DNA of 64,000 nucleotides from Acholeplasmatales bacterium (lineage in GTDB: Bacteria > Bacillota_I > Bacilli_A > Acholeplasmatales > Anaeroplasmataceae): NCBI GenBank assembly GCA_017542485.1, contig JAFXXC010000001.1, positions 20,285-84,284 on the forward strand, in the 5' to 3' direction. This document shows, piece after piece, positions 9,732-19,483 of this stretch. A model generated the notes under the pieces. It did not search any database. It saw only the letters and a list, made by a program, of their open reading frames with translations, and was not told where the DNA came from. Position 1 is the stretch's first letter. Each line of letters opens with the position of its first letter. The position numbers and the translations under genes were made by a program.

Positions 9732-10040
9732 TTACACTCCCTTTTCAATGAATTCATAAATTTCCATTAATTCTTTCCATTCATCTTTAAAATCTTGAAT
9801 TCTTTGTAAACCATTTTTTGTAATATGATAATACCTACGTAATCTACCATCATGTTCCTCATTCCTAACGATTAGCATCTTTTGATCTTCTAATCTTTTA
9901 AGAATGGTATAAAGCGTCGATTCTGATAATTTTATAATTGGCATAACATCTTTTATAATCTTATACCCGTATGAATCTTCATTCTTTATGGCAGTTAAAA
10001 CGCAGACATCTAAAACTCCTCTTTTTAACTGTGCGTCCAT
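9732..10040 (-). CDS. PadR family transcriptional regulator
   Basis: MDAQLKRGVLD, SYGY, STLYTILKRL, RRYYHIT. Confidence 0.9.
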   Translation of the reverse strand: MDAQLKRGVLDVCVLTAIKNEDSYGYKIIKDVMPIIKLSESTLYTILKRLEDQKMLIVRNEEHDGRLRRYYHITKNGLQRIQDFKDEWKELMEIYEFIEKGV

Positions 10041-10175
10041 CTCATGCATCTCCTTACGATATACATCATATCACGAGGTATATAGGTTGTCAACACTACT
10101 CTTACAATTTTTTTACTATAAAATTAAAAAATGCACCATTAGATTTACAATCTAACAGTGCTTAAAAAATTAAAA

Positions 10176-10655
10176 TTATTTTATTTCAACTAATTTTGCA
10201 ACTTCCTCATCAAATACTTCTGGCTTAACATTAGGGGCGAATCTATTAACAACTTTGCCATCTCTACCAATCAAGAATTTCGTGAAATTCCATTTAATCT
10301 TTCCTGGAAAACCACTTTCTTTGCTAGTTAAATACTTATAAACGTCATTCGCATCTTTACCATTTACTTTTGATTTAGTGAATCTTTCAAAAGTAGTATG
10401 ATATTTTAAAGTACAAAAATTATCAATTTTTTCATCAGATCCTGGAGCTTGAAATAAAAAACTATTGCATGGAAAATCTAATATTTCAAATCCATTATCT
10501 TTATATTTGTCGTACATCTCTTGTAGTCCTTTATATTGAGGTGTAAATCCACATCCTGTAGCGGTATTTACAACTAACAACACCTTGCCTTTATATTTTG
10601 AAAAATCTACTTCTTCGCCCTTATTATTTGTCATTTTAAAATCATAAATATTCAT
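10176..10655 (-). CDS. Cys-type glutathione peroxidase
   Basis: VNTATGCGFTPQY, FPCN, IKWNFTKFL; start MNIYDF follows an AAGGAG RBS. Confidence 0.92.
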   Translation of the reverse strand: MNIYDFKMTNNKGEEVDFSKYKGKVLLVVNTATGCGFTPQYKGLQEMYDKYKDNGFEILDFPCNSFLFQAPGSDEKIDNFCTLKYHTTFERFTKSKVNGKDANDVYKYLTSKESGFPGKIKWNFTKFLIGRDGKVVNRFAPNVKPEVFDEEVAKLVEIK

Positions 10656-10821
10656 AATTGCTTCTCCTTCTATTTTATACAATTTAATTTTACACAACTG
10701 TAAGTGAGTTGTCAATATTTTTTTAATTATATTAAAACTAATCAGTATTATTAGCACGTTCTATTTAAAAATTGGTTTATTTTTGGTATAATTTATTGAA
10801 ATTTAATGGGGTGAGAGGAAA

Positions 10822-12438
10822 ATGAGAGATAAATGGAAAAATAGGGGAGCTTTTATCTTAGCATCAATTGGTTCAGCCGTTGGTTTAGGTAATGCATGGA
10901 GATTTCCAGGGTTATGTGCTAAATATGGTGGTGGCGCCTTTTTATTTGCATATTTGATATGTATGGTTGCATTAGGCATTCCATTATTGATGATGGAAAC
11001 AGCGATTGGTAGAAAGGCTAAAGGTGGTGCACCTAAAGCTTTAAGAACTGTTAATAAAAAGGCAGAGCCTATAGGATGGGCATCTGTTGCTAACGCATTT
11101 GTTATATTGACATATTATGCAGTAGTATTTGCATGGTGTATTATGATGTGTCTATTAGCATATAAATTCGCAACATCTTATTCTACACCTGAGACTGCAT
11201 CAAATTTATGGATGGATAGTATTGGTGCGACATTTAAAACATCATTTTTAGGTGATGGTGGAAATATCAAAATATTATTATTTATTTGTGTTATTATTGC
11301 TTGGGGCTTCATTTATGGTTGTATTAGAAATGGTGCTTCACAAGTTGGAAAAGTAGTTAAATATACAGTGTTTTTACCAATAATAATGCTTCTTATACTA
11401 GCTGTTAAAGGATTTATTAATAATCCATATTTAGGTGAAGCATTATCTCAATTATTTGTTCCTAAATGGAGCGAATTTGGTGATGTAGAATTATGGGTTA
11501 ACGCTATGGGACAATCATTCTATAGTTTATCAATAATGATGGCAATTATGTATGCATATGGTTCTTATTTAAAGGATGATTCTAATATAGCTGTTGATTC
11601 TATTATTATAGCATTTAGTGATTTAGCAATTTCTGTTTTATCTGGTATTGTATTATTTACTACAATGTATCAAACAGGTCAAACTGTTGGAGATATGAGC
11701 GCATCAGGTATAGCAACTGCGTTTATTATTTATCCTACAGCTATCGTAAATTTAACTTCTATTGGTGTATTTAATGCAATATTTGGTTTTGTATTCTATT
11801 TTATGTTATGTACTTTAGCTATAGATTCAGCATTCTCAATATTAGAAGGAATTGCTACTTCTGTTTCTGACAAATTTAAAACACCAAAAAGAAAAACAAC
11901 ACTTATTATTGCGATTATAGCAGCGTTTATTTCAATTGTATATATAACAGGTGCTGGTGTTGGTTATGTTGATATAGTAGATAACTGGACAAATCAATAT
12001 ACATTAATAATAATTGGATTATTAGAAACAATTTTAATTGGTTGGTTCTTCAAGCCTAAAAAAGTATTAAAAGAAATCAACAAAAATACCAATAAGTTTA
12101 AAATGCCAAGATGGTGGTTTGAAACATCAGTTAAATTCTTAGCACCACTTGCATTATCATTCTTACTAGTTTGGCAAATAGTTATTTTAATAAAGAATGG
12201 ATTTAGATATGATACAAGTTATAACTTAGCTGCGGAAATAATTGCAGGATGGTTAGTAACAATATTAGTCTTCGCTTCTGGATTCTTTATTAATCTATAT
12301 ATGAAAAAATCAAAACGTGGTATTGAATTATCTAAGATTGAAAAAGATGATCCTTCATGGGATGAATTAGACGAATTAGAGAATAATAATCAACCAGAAG
12401 AAAATCAAAACAATCTAGAAAATATCATAGAAAATTAA
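10822..12438 (+). CDS. Sodium-dependent transporter, NSS/SNF family
   Basis: GSAVGLGNAWRFP and GGGAF motifs; ~12 TM. Confidence 0.92.
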   Translation: MRDKWKNRGAFILASIGSAVGLGNAWRFPGLCAKYGGGAFLFAYLICMVALGIPLLMMETAIGRKAKGGAPKALRTVNKKAEPIGWASVANAFVILTYYAVVFAWCIMMCLLAYKFATSYSTPETASNLWMDSIGATFKTSFLGDGGNIKILLFICVIIAWGFIYGCIRNGASQVGKVVKYTVFLPIIMLLILAVKGFINNPYLGEALSQLFVPKWSEFGDVELWVNAMGQSFYSLSIMMAIMYAYGSYLKDDSNIAVDSIIIAFSDLAISVLSGIVLFTTMYQTGQTVGDMSASGIATAFIIYPTAIVNLTSIGVFNAIFGFVFYFMLCTLAIDSAFSILEGIATSVSDKFKTPKRKTTLIIAIIAAFISIVYITGAGVGYVDIVDNWTNQYTLIIIGLLETILIGWFFKPKKVLKEINKNTNKFKMPRWWFETSVKFLAPLALSFLLVWQIVILIKNGFRYDTSYNLAAEIIAGWLVTILVFASGFFINLYMKKSKRGIELSKIEKDDPSWDELDELENNNQPEENQNNLENIIEN

Positions 12439-12460
12439 TCAGCTTCGGCTGATTTTTTTT
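12437..12460 (+). terminator. Terminator of NSS transporter
   Basis: AATCAGC-TTCG-GCTGATT followed by T tract. Confidence 0.85.
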
Positions 12461-12544
12461 ATGAAAATAGATGTAAATGTTTTCATAAAAATTATGAAAG
12501 CGATATTATACTTTTATTTTATTTTATATTTGTTATACTAAAAC

Positions 12545-12642
12545 TGCGTTAAGGAAACGACGCAAGCCTTTATTAAAAAGTTTCCAAAATTTTCAATTCT
12601 TTTTTTCTGTGTTCCTTGTAAAAGGGGGACACTTTCCTTTTT
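12545..12642 (+). ncRNA. Candidate small RNA (~95 nt)
   Basis: Extended -10 TGTTATACT (12531-12539), 5' hairpin TGCGTT/GACGCA, pyrimidine tract, terminator 12609-12642; no ORF. Confidence 0.45.
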
Positions 12643-12651
12643 ATATAGCTT

Positions 12652-12680
12652 AAAAAACGACTTCACTGAAGTCGCTTTTT
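12652..12680. terminator. Bidirectional terminator after GNAT gene
   Basis: AAAAAA-CGACTTCA-C-TGAAGTCG-CTTTTT. Confidence 0.75.
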
Positions 12681-13208
12681 TTAATACATTTGCTTTTTAG
12701 TTTGTTTTGTTAGATTTATAAATCTATTATTCCATAAAGTAACTTTATCATTCGTTAAAGATTTAGATCCAATCACTACATTAAATTCGTTTTTTAATTT
12801 CTCTAAATCACAATCATAATCTTCAAATATATAACCATTTCTTTTATAAAACTCAATGGCATAATCATTTCCTTCTTTATCAGTAAATAATCTCATGTAC
12901 TTGAATCCAAGATTTTTAGCATATTCTTCTGTTAATAATAATGACTTATAGCCATAGCCTTTATATCTATATTCTTCTTTTATACCAAAGAATCCTAACC
13001 ATGCATTTTCATTATCATTATTATATGAATATATTCCTGTTATACCAACACAAATATCATCATCGTATATCATATAAAATTTTAATTTAGATTTTGGTTT
13101 TAAAGAATCCAAATAATTATTCTTTCCATTATATTCTGGAAATATTTTATTCTGAATAACTATTGCATCATCAATATTATTTTTTGTTATTAATACAAGT
13201 CTTAACAT
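12681..13208 (-). CDS. GNAT N-acetyltransferase
   Basis: YRYKGYG acetyl-CoA loop and AIEFYKRNGY. Confidence 0.85.
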   Translation of the reverse strand: MLRLVLITKNNIDDAIVIQNKIFPEYNGKNNYLDSLKPKSKLKFYMIYDDDICVGITGIYSYNNDNENAWLGFFGIKEEYRYKGYGYKSLLLTEEYAKNLGFKYMRLFTDKEGNDYAIEFYKRNGYIFEDYDCDLEKLKNEFNVVIGSKSLTNDKVTLWNNRFINLTKQTKKQMY

Positions 13209-13242
13209 ACTACCACCACAAATAGTATATCACAAGATAAAA

Positions 13243-14124
13243 CTAATTAATATTATGGCTTACTGTACTTTTACTATTTACATCATCAAGCTCAGTTGTT
13301 TCTTCTTCATCATATGAACTTGTATTATCTTTAAATACATCAAGATTCTTAACACCTCTATAAACAGGCTCATATATTAAAGCAGCCAAGAATACACTAA
13401 TAAATCCTGTTATTAATGATCCTGGTATCTTAGATGTTGCTATAATAATTGAGGTATTAAAATCTGATACCATTATTCCTTCTAATAACCATCTTAAAAT
13501 AAATTCACCTAAAATATTAACAAGTACTGCTAATGTTATCGCAAATAACGCAGCCTTTGATCTATGAGATAGCTTTCTTTGGAATATTATCGCTATTCCC
13601 ATACCTATGGCGAATATTGCAGAAAAGATAGGAATATAAAGTGAAACATTAACAGCCTTACCTGATCCAAAGAAATTATCTACTTTAGATAATAAACCTG
13701 TTGAAAATGCAAAATTAGTTTTATCTCCAATTATAAATAGTCCTAATGATACTCCAAATAATACTAAAAAGAATGATGTTGCACCTATTAATAGATGAGT
13801 AGTATTTGATTTCTTTCTTAAAATCAATCTAAATACATATCCAACAATGAATCCTATTAAAAACTTTAATAAGAATGTTCTTATAATAGTAGATGGCTTT
13901 GATGTATAAAATATTAAATCATATAGTCCCATACCAAAGCTACCTATTATTCCACCTTCAATACCACCTAGTAATAAAGCTGCCATAATCATAACGAAAT
14001 TGCCTAAATGCACCATATCACCTGTAGGCATTTTTACCTGGATAAATGTTGCTGCACAACATAATGCAGTAAGCATTGCTACTATAATTACCTTTTTAAG
14101 TAATAATTGTTGTTTATCATTCAT
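13243..14124 (-). CDS. ECF transporter S component (probably vitamin B6-related), elongated
   Basis: GDMVHLGN..LLLGGIEGGIIGSFGMGLYDL..TFLLK; divergent from a MocR/PdxR regulator. Confidence 0.75.
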   Translation of the reverse strand: MNDKQQLLLKKVIIVAMLTALCCAATFIQVKMPTGDMVHLGNFVMIMAALLLGGIEGGIIGSFGMGLYDLIFYTSKPSTIIRTFLLKFLIGFIVGYVFRLILRKKSNTTHLLIGATSFFLVLFGVSLGLFIIGDKTNFAFSTGLLSKVDNFFGSGKAVNVSLYIPIFSAIFAIGMGIAIIFQRKLSHRSKAALFAITLAVLVNILGEFILRWLLEGIMVSDFNTSIIIATSKIPGSLITGFISVFLAALIYEPVYRGVKNLDVFKDNTSSYDEEETTELDDVNSKSTVSHNIN

Positions 14125-14172
14125 ATTAATCCCACCCTTGTAAAATAATAAATACACGTATATAATATAACT

Positions 14173-14200
14173 AAACTGAGCCCTTTTTTAGTATCAGTTT
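14173..14200. promoter_or_regulatory. Candidate MocR/PdxR operator
   Basis: AAACTGA-N14-TCAGTTT inverted repeat in the divergent spacer. Confidence 0.45.
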
Positions 14201-14228
14201 ACATATTTTTTTTGGTACCAGGTGAATT

Positions 14229-15581
14229 ATGATTAAATTTAATGTAGAATTTACAAATAAAACTCCAATTTATATGGAATTATATAATTACATAAAAGGA
14301 TTAATCTTGAACAAAACATTAACTCCAAATGAAAAACTTCCTTCTAAAAGAGTATTATCTACTTATTTAGGAATAAGCCTAAATACAGTTATAGAAGCTT
14401 ATAATCTATTACTTGACGAAGAGTTAATTATATCAATTCCCAAAAAAGGTTATTATGTATCAAAATACGATATTTCTATATCTAAAGACGATACAATAGA
14501 TTCATTAGAATCAAACATCAAAAAATGTAAATATGATTTTTCTACTAAGAACATAGATTCTTCTATTTTTCCATATTATACATGGAATAAAATATGCAAA
14601 AATATTATTTATAATGATAACATCTTAATAAAATCTGATAACTTTGGAAATATAAAATTAAGAAAAACAATAGCTAATTATCTATATGAAAACAAAGGAA
14701 TAAAAATAAATCCTAGAAATATAATAATTGGTAGTGGAATAGAATATTTATTAACGATTTTAATAAATATGTTAAACATAAATAGAATCGGAATAGAAAA
14801 CCCTGGTTATGATAAAATATACAAAATACTAAATAATAACAACAAAGAGGCTGTCTTATGTAACTTGGATAATGATGGAATAATAATAAATGATGATGTA
14901 GATGCATTATATATTACTCCTTCTAATCAATTCCCAACAGGAATTAAAACTTCCATGAAAAGAAAATTAGAATTAGCTAAATGGGCTAAAAATAATAAAT
15001 ACATTATTGAAGATGATTTTGATTCAGAATTCAAATATCTATCAAATCAATCAATATCATTAATAGAATTAGCTAAAGATAATACAATTTTATTATCAAC
15101 TTATTCAAGGACAATATCACCAGCATTAAGAATCAGCTATATGATATTACCTGATAAATTATATAACGATTATTATAATAAATATTCATTTTATTCAACT
15201 ACAGTATCTACACTAGATCAATTAATATTAGCTGAATATATATCAAGTGGTGCCTATTCAAGACATTTAAATAAAACAAAGTATTTATATAAACAAAAAA
15301 GAGAATTAATAATAAGTATTCTAGAAAAATATGATTACATATCAATAGATTACCAAAATTCATATCTATCATTAATAATAACTATAATCAATCTAGATAA
15401 ACAATTGTTTAAAAAATTATGTAATGATAATTCAATAGATATCTCATTAATGGATGATTATTACTTGGATAAAAGAAAAGATAATAGAATAGTTATTGGC
15501 TATTCTGGCATTGATATTAATGATATTAATGAAGGAATAAATAAATTAATTGAAATAATAAATAAATCCATAAAAAAATAG
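14229..15581 (+). CDS. MocR/PdxR-type GntR regulator with aminotransferase-like domain
   Basis: KLPSKRVLS..LGISLNTV wHTH; TPSNQFPTG and IIEDDFDSEF. Confidence 0.9.
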   Translation: MIKFNVEFTNKTPIYMELYNYIKGLILNKTLTPNEKLPSKRVLSTYLGISLNTVIEAYNLLLDEELIISIPKKGYYVSKYDISISKDDTIDSLESNIKKCKYDFSTKNIDSSIFPYYTWNKICKNIIYNDNILIKSDNFGNIKLRKTIANYLYENKGIKINPRNIIIGSGIEYLLTILINMLNINRIGIENPGYDKIYKILNNNNKEAVLCNLDNDGIIINDDVDALYITPSNQFPTGIKTSMKRKLELAKWAKNNKYIIEDDFDSEFKYLSNQSISLIELAKDNTILLSTYSRTISPALRISYMILPDKLYNDYYNKYSFYSTTVSTLDQLILAEYISSGAYSRHLNKTKYLYKQKRELIISILEKYDYISIDYQNSYLSLIITIINLDKQLFKKLCNDNSIDISLMDDYYLDKRKDNRIVIGYSGIDINDINEGINKLIEIINKSIKK

Positions 15582-15597
15582 AAGTTCGAAACAACTT

Positions 15598-16080
15598 CTA
15601 TTTTTTCTTATTCAAATAACTCATCAATAAATCTCTTGTAAATGGTTTTTCTCTTATCGCTTCAAGTGCTTTATCAATTTCTATCCATTCATATGAATCA
15701 ACTTCATAATTAGGAAATATTTCTTCACTTGTTAGTGTTACTGCAAAATTTGATATTAAAGTATTTGATTTATCAAAATACTTACTCTTATTAAATTCTA
15801 CATGATTAGGGATTCTTCCTATTTCTTCTCCCATTTCTCTATACAAGCATTCTTCTAAAGACTCTCCCTTATTTACATATCCAGCGACAAGTCGATAAAA
15901 ATCTGTATGATATTGTTTAATAAGTAATATCTTAGTTTTCTCAGGATTAAAAACTAATACACTAACAGCAGAATTAAACATATTAAAGCGGTATTCATTA
16001 CATTTTGTACAAAATGGAATCATACCCTCATATTCTAAAAATTTAGGTATTAACTCAGTACCACATTTTTCACAATGCAT
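15598..16080 (-). CDS. NUDIX hydrolase, NudC-like with Zn ribbon
   Basis: CEKCG...CTKC and AGYVNKGESLEECLYREMGEEIG. Confidence 0.85.
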   Translation of the reverse strand: MHCEKCGTELIPKFLEYEGMIPFCTKCNEYRFNMFNSAVSVLVFNPEKTKILLIKQYHTDFYRLVAGYVNKGESLEECLYREMGEEIGRIPNHVEFNKSKYFDKSNTLISNFAVTLTSEEIFPNYEVDSYEWIEIDKALEAIREKPFTRDLLMSYLNKKK

Positions 16081-16083
16081 AAT

Positions 16084-16962
16084 TTAAGCCTCAAAAAATT
16101 TAACAATGTCATTAAATACATCTTCCCTATTATCTTCCATGTTTATTTCATGTTTCATATTAGGATATTCTTTATATGATAGATTATTAAATCCATCAAG
16201 TATTAAATGCTTAATTGAATCCTTTACACCTTTTGTTCCATTAGTTGTTCTATCATCAGATCCTGATATACTTATTATTTTTAAATTAGTATTCAAGCCT
16301 AAATTCTTTTTATGTTTATGAAGGTTATGTGTCATTTTAAATAATACATAATTAGAAAAATTAGTAAATTTAAAATTACATAAAGGATCATTAATATATC
16401 TTTCAATATTTTCTTTATTATAGCTTAACCAAGAAAAATCTTCCTTAGTAGAACCATCATTACTCATAGCAAATAATAATTTAGAATATTTATATTTACC
16501 TTTTCCAATTGATTTTAATTTAGCAGCCATTACACCTAAATAGCAGCCAGTTTTATAAGCGACTGTACCAGATAAAATAAGCTTATCAATCGAATTAGAA
16601 TATTTTCTAATGTACATACGAGCAATTAATGTTCCCATAGAATGGGCATACATAAAAACAGGCAGATTAGGATTATGCTTTTTACCATATTCTAATACTC
16701 TATTTGTATCATCTACCATTGTATCAATATTTGCAATTCTACCTAATTGGTATTCATCATTAATACTTTCACCATGTCCTCTTAAATCTGCAATAATAAC
16801 ATTAAAATTATTTTGATTTAATCTCTCAATTAAAGGAATATATCTTTCCTTATGTTCACACATGCCATGAACCATTACTATTAATGCTTTAGGCTTTTCA
16901 GCCTTAGAATAGAATGCTTTAAGAGAAAGGTTGTCACTTGCGACAATCTCTACTTTATCCAT
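16084..16962 (-). CDS. Alpha/beta hydrolase (lysophospholipase-like)
   Basis: HGMCEH, DLRGHG, AHSMG nucleophile, MKHE. Confidence 0.88.
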   Translation of the reverse strand: MDKVEIVASDNLSLKAFYSKAEKPKALIVMVHGMCEHKERYIPLIERLNQNNFNVIIADLRGHGESINDEYQLGRIANIDTMVDDTNRVLEYGKKHNPNLPVFMYAHSMGTLIARMYIRKYSNSIDKLILSGTVAYKTGCYLGVMAAKLKSIGKGKYKYSKLLFAMSNDGSTKEDFSWLSYNKENIERYINDPLCNFKFTNFSNYVLFKMTHNLHKHKKNLGLNTNLKIISISGSDDRTTNGTKGVKDSIKHLILDGFNNLSYKEYPNMKHEINMEDNREDVFNDIVKFFEA

Positions 16963-16973
16963 AAATATGCCCC

Positions 16974-17399
16974 TTAATTAAATTCTTTAGCTAGCTTAGA
17001 TACTAATCCCATATCACATTTACCTTGGAAATTAGCTTTAAAATGCTTCATTACAGAAGGAATTGACTTATCATCTAATTTAGCAATTTCTGCTTTAATT
17101 TCATCTTCTGTCATTTGCTTAGGTAAGTATGCCTCTAATAGCTTTTGTTGTGCTGCAAGCTTCTCAACAGTCTCAGCTCTACCTGCCTTTTCAAAATTAA
17201 TCTTTTCTTCTTCTAATTCTTTAATAAATTTTTGAATTAGCTGTAAGCATTCATTATCAGGAAGCTTTCTATCAGGGTATCCTTTATCAATAGCTGTATT
17301 TTTAGCTCTACCAAATACTAAAGATATAACCTCATGTGCTACCTTATCATGAGACTTAAGTGTCTCAATGTTTGCTTTTTGTAAATCATCAAATATCAT
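16974..17399 (-). CDS. GatB/YqeY domain protein
   Basis: FEKAGR, LEAYLPKQMTEDEI, VMKH..GKCDMGLVS. Confidence 0.85.
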   Translation of the reverse strand: MIFDDLQKANIETLKSHDKVAHEVISLVFGRAKNTAIDKGYPDRKLPDNECLQLIQKFIKELEEEKINFEKAGRAETVEKLAAQQKLLEAYLPKQMTEDEIKAEIAKLDDKSIPSVMKHFKANFQGKCDMGLVSKLAKEFN

Positions 17400-17453
17400 A
17401 AATCCATCACTCCTACCAATAAGTATAGCACTTTTAAGAATAAAATAAAATAC

Positions 17454-17483
17454 TTGGCAAAAAGTATTAATACTTTTTACCAA
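17454..17483. repeat. 30-bp near-perfect palindrome over the recombinase stop codon
   Basis: TTGGCAAAAAGTATTAATACTTTTTACCAA (one mismatched pair). Confidence 0.8.
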
Positions 17484-18636
17484 AAGCTATACTCAAATCA
17501 TTTTTATTTATTCTAGTATAAATATCAAGCATTACTTGTACACTATGTCCTTGAATTTTAGCAGCCGTTTGCAAATCTACACCTATTATTTTGATTAAAT
17601 ATTCAGTATTTGAATATCTTAATCCGTGAGGTGATAAAGTATCACATATATCATTACCAATTAGTTTATTTTCTTTTAAATTCTTTATCATATCCTTCAT
17701 TTCATAAGATAGTTTTTGCCTAATTAATGGCACTCCACACTTCATGTAATCGAATATATAGTCATCTCCAATGATATTATATTTATCGCAAAAGCTATCA
17801 ATTATACATTTTACTTCACTCTTTATATAAACCTTTCTTTTAGGATTATCACTTTTCAGTCTTTCTAAAATTGTAGCTTTAGCATCAACCATTTGTCTTT
17901 CAACTAAAATATAATTTAAATAAACATTTCCATTTGTTCTTTCAACCTTTATATCACTTCTTTTAATTGCCCTTGCTTCATTTATTCTCATACCTGTATA
18001 GTATAAAAATTGAATATAAAAAATAATATGTTCATAATCCTTTTTGTTTAAATAATTGCTACTAGATACTATTTCATTAAATTGTTCATATGTTAAATAA
18101 CAATTCTCTACACGACTTGATCTTTCATAATGTCTTTTTGGAATATCAATTAAATCCAAATTTAAAAGTCCTGATACATATTCATATTTTTTAGCATATT
18201 TTAATATATCCCTTAATAAAATAGCTGTTCTATAATGTATATTAGAATTCATATGATATTTTCTTTTTAATTCAAGGTTAATCTTTTTTAATAGATTATT
18301 GTTCCACTCATAGCATCTGATTTTTTTATAATCCTTTAAATGACATCTGAATGTACTTTCTTTTTTTGATATGCTTGATTCTTTTATTTCAAATTCTAAT
18401 TCATCCAAATACAAAATAAATAAATTATCAAGTGATAATCTTCTTCTATCTTTATAATTACCTTTCATCTCTTCTAATAAAATTTTATCAATCGCTTCTA
18501 TCTTTCTTTTATATACTTCATAAGCATCCTCCAAATTAGAAGTAACTAAATATGAAATAATATATCCTTTATATGATTTCTTTATTCTTAATTTACCACT
18601 TTTTTCCTTATAGTAAGGCATATCTTTATAATTCAT
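17467..18636 (-). CDS. Tyrosine recombinase/phage-integrase family, orphan
   Basis: YTGMRINEA (R), LKSD (K), HGLR (HxxR), QGHS (H), IYT (Y). Confidence 0.85.
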   Translation of the reverse strand: MNYKDMPYYKEKSGKLRIKKSYKGYIISYLVTSNLEDAYEVYKRKIEAIDKILLEEMKGNYKDRRRLSLDNLFILYLDELEFEIKESSISKKESTFRCHLKDYKKIRCYEWNNNLLKKINLELKRKYHMNSNIHYRTAILLRDILKYAKKYEYVSGLLNLDLIDIPKRHYERSSRVENCYLTYEQFNEIVSSSNYLNKKDYEHIIFYIQFLYYTGMRINEARAIKRSDIKVERTNGNVYLNYILVERQMVDAKATILERLKSDNPKRKVYIKSEVKCIIDSFCDKYNIIGDDYIFDYMKCGVPLIRQKLSYEMKDMIKNLKENKLIGNDICDTLSPHGLRYSNTEYLIKIIGVDLQTAAKIQGHSVQVMLDIYTRINKNDLSIAFGKKY

Positions 18637-18762
18637 AATCTTATATTATTCTCCTTCTTTTATAATTTATATTACGAATATAAGATTATATAAACAATTT
18701 ATTATTTATGCTAATAATTATTAATTATTATGATATAATATCTATGTATTAGGGGGTATAAG

Positions 18763-19446
18763 ATGAAAAAAATTTATCAAGGTAAAACAAAAGATGTTTA
18801 CCAATTAGAAAATGGTAACGTATTATTAGAATTCAAGGATGATTGTACTGGTAAAGATGGTGTTTTCGATCCAGGTGAGAATCAAGTTGGTTTAAAGATT
18901 GAAGGCATCGGTAGATCAAATCTTGAAACATCTATTCATTTTTTTGAATTATTAAAAAAGGCTGGCATTAAAACTCACTATGTTAGCGCAAATGTTGAAA
19001 AAGCAACTATGGAAGTATTACCAGCTAAAGTATTCGGCCATGGTTTAGAGGTTGTATGTAGATTAGTAGCTACAGGCTCATTTATTAAACGTTATGGTGA
19101 GTATATTAAAAACGGAACAAAAATTGATGGTGGATATGTTGAATGTACATTTAAAAATGATGCATTAGGTGACCCACTAGTAACAAAAGATGGTTTAGTA
19201 ACTTTAGGTATTATGACAGCTGAAATGTATGATTCTATTAAAGAACAAACATTAAGAATTACTAAGGTTGTCGCTGATGACTTAAAAACTATGGGTTTAG
19301 ATTTATGGGATATTAAATTTGAATTTGGTTATAACAACAATGAAGTAATCCTAATTGATGAAATCGCATCTGGTAATATGAGAGTATACAAGGGCGATAA
19401 AATTATGGATCCAGTAGAATTAACAAAAGTTATTTTAAAGAAGTAA
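18763..19446 (+). CDS. purC: SAICAR synthetase
   Basis: [39 protein letters not shown]. Confidence 0.92.
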   Translation: MKKIYQGKTKDVYQLENGNVLLEFKDDCTGKDGVFDPGENQVGLKIEGIGRSNLETSIHFFELLKKAGIKTHYVSANVEKATMEVLPAKVFGHGLEVVCRLVATGSFIKRYGEYIKNGTKIDGGYVECTFKNDALGDPLVTKDGLVTLGIMTAEMYDSIKEQTLRITKVVADDLKTMGLDLWDIKFEFGYNNNEVILIDEIASGNMRVYKGDKIMDPVELTKVILKK

Positions 19447-19482
19447 AAAAATTGGACTATTCAAAATTGAATAGTCCTTTTT
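19445..19482. terminator. Bidirectional terminator between purC and tsaD
   Basis: GGACTATTCAA-AA-TTGAATAGTCC flanked by A and T tracts. Confidence 0.8.
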
Positions 19483-19483
19483 C

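Noticed and set aside
12545-12570. GGAAAC...GACGCAAGCC resemblance to a c-di-GMP-I riboswitch
   Set aside because: Lacks the GGCAAA-P2/GNRA architecture and P3 receptor, and has no downstream gene on that strand; kept only as an sRNA candidate.
18673-18680. TACGAATA ComX cin-box-like octamer (also at about 41047 on the minus strand and about 35304)
   Set aside because: Several chance occurrences are expected in 64 kb this AT-rich, and none precedes a competence gene.
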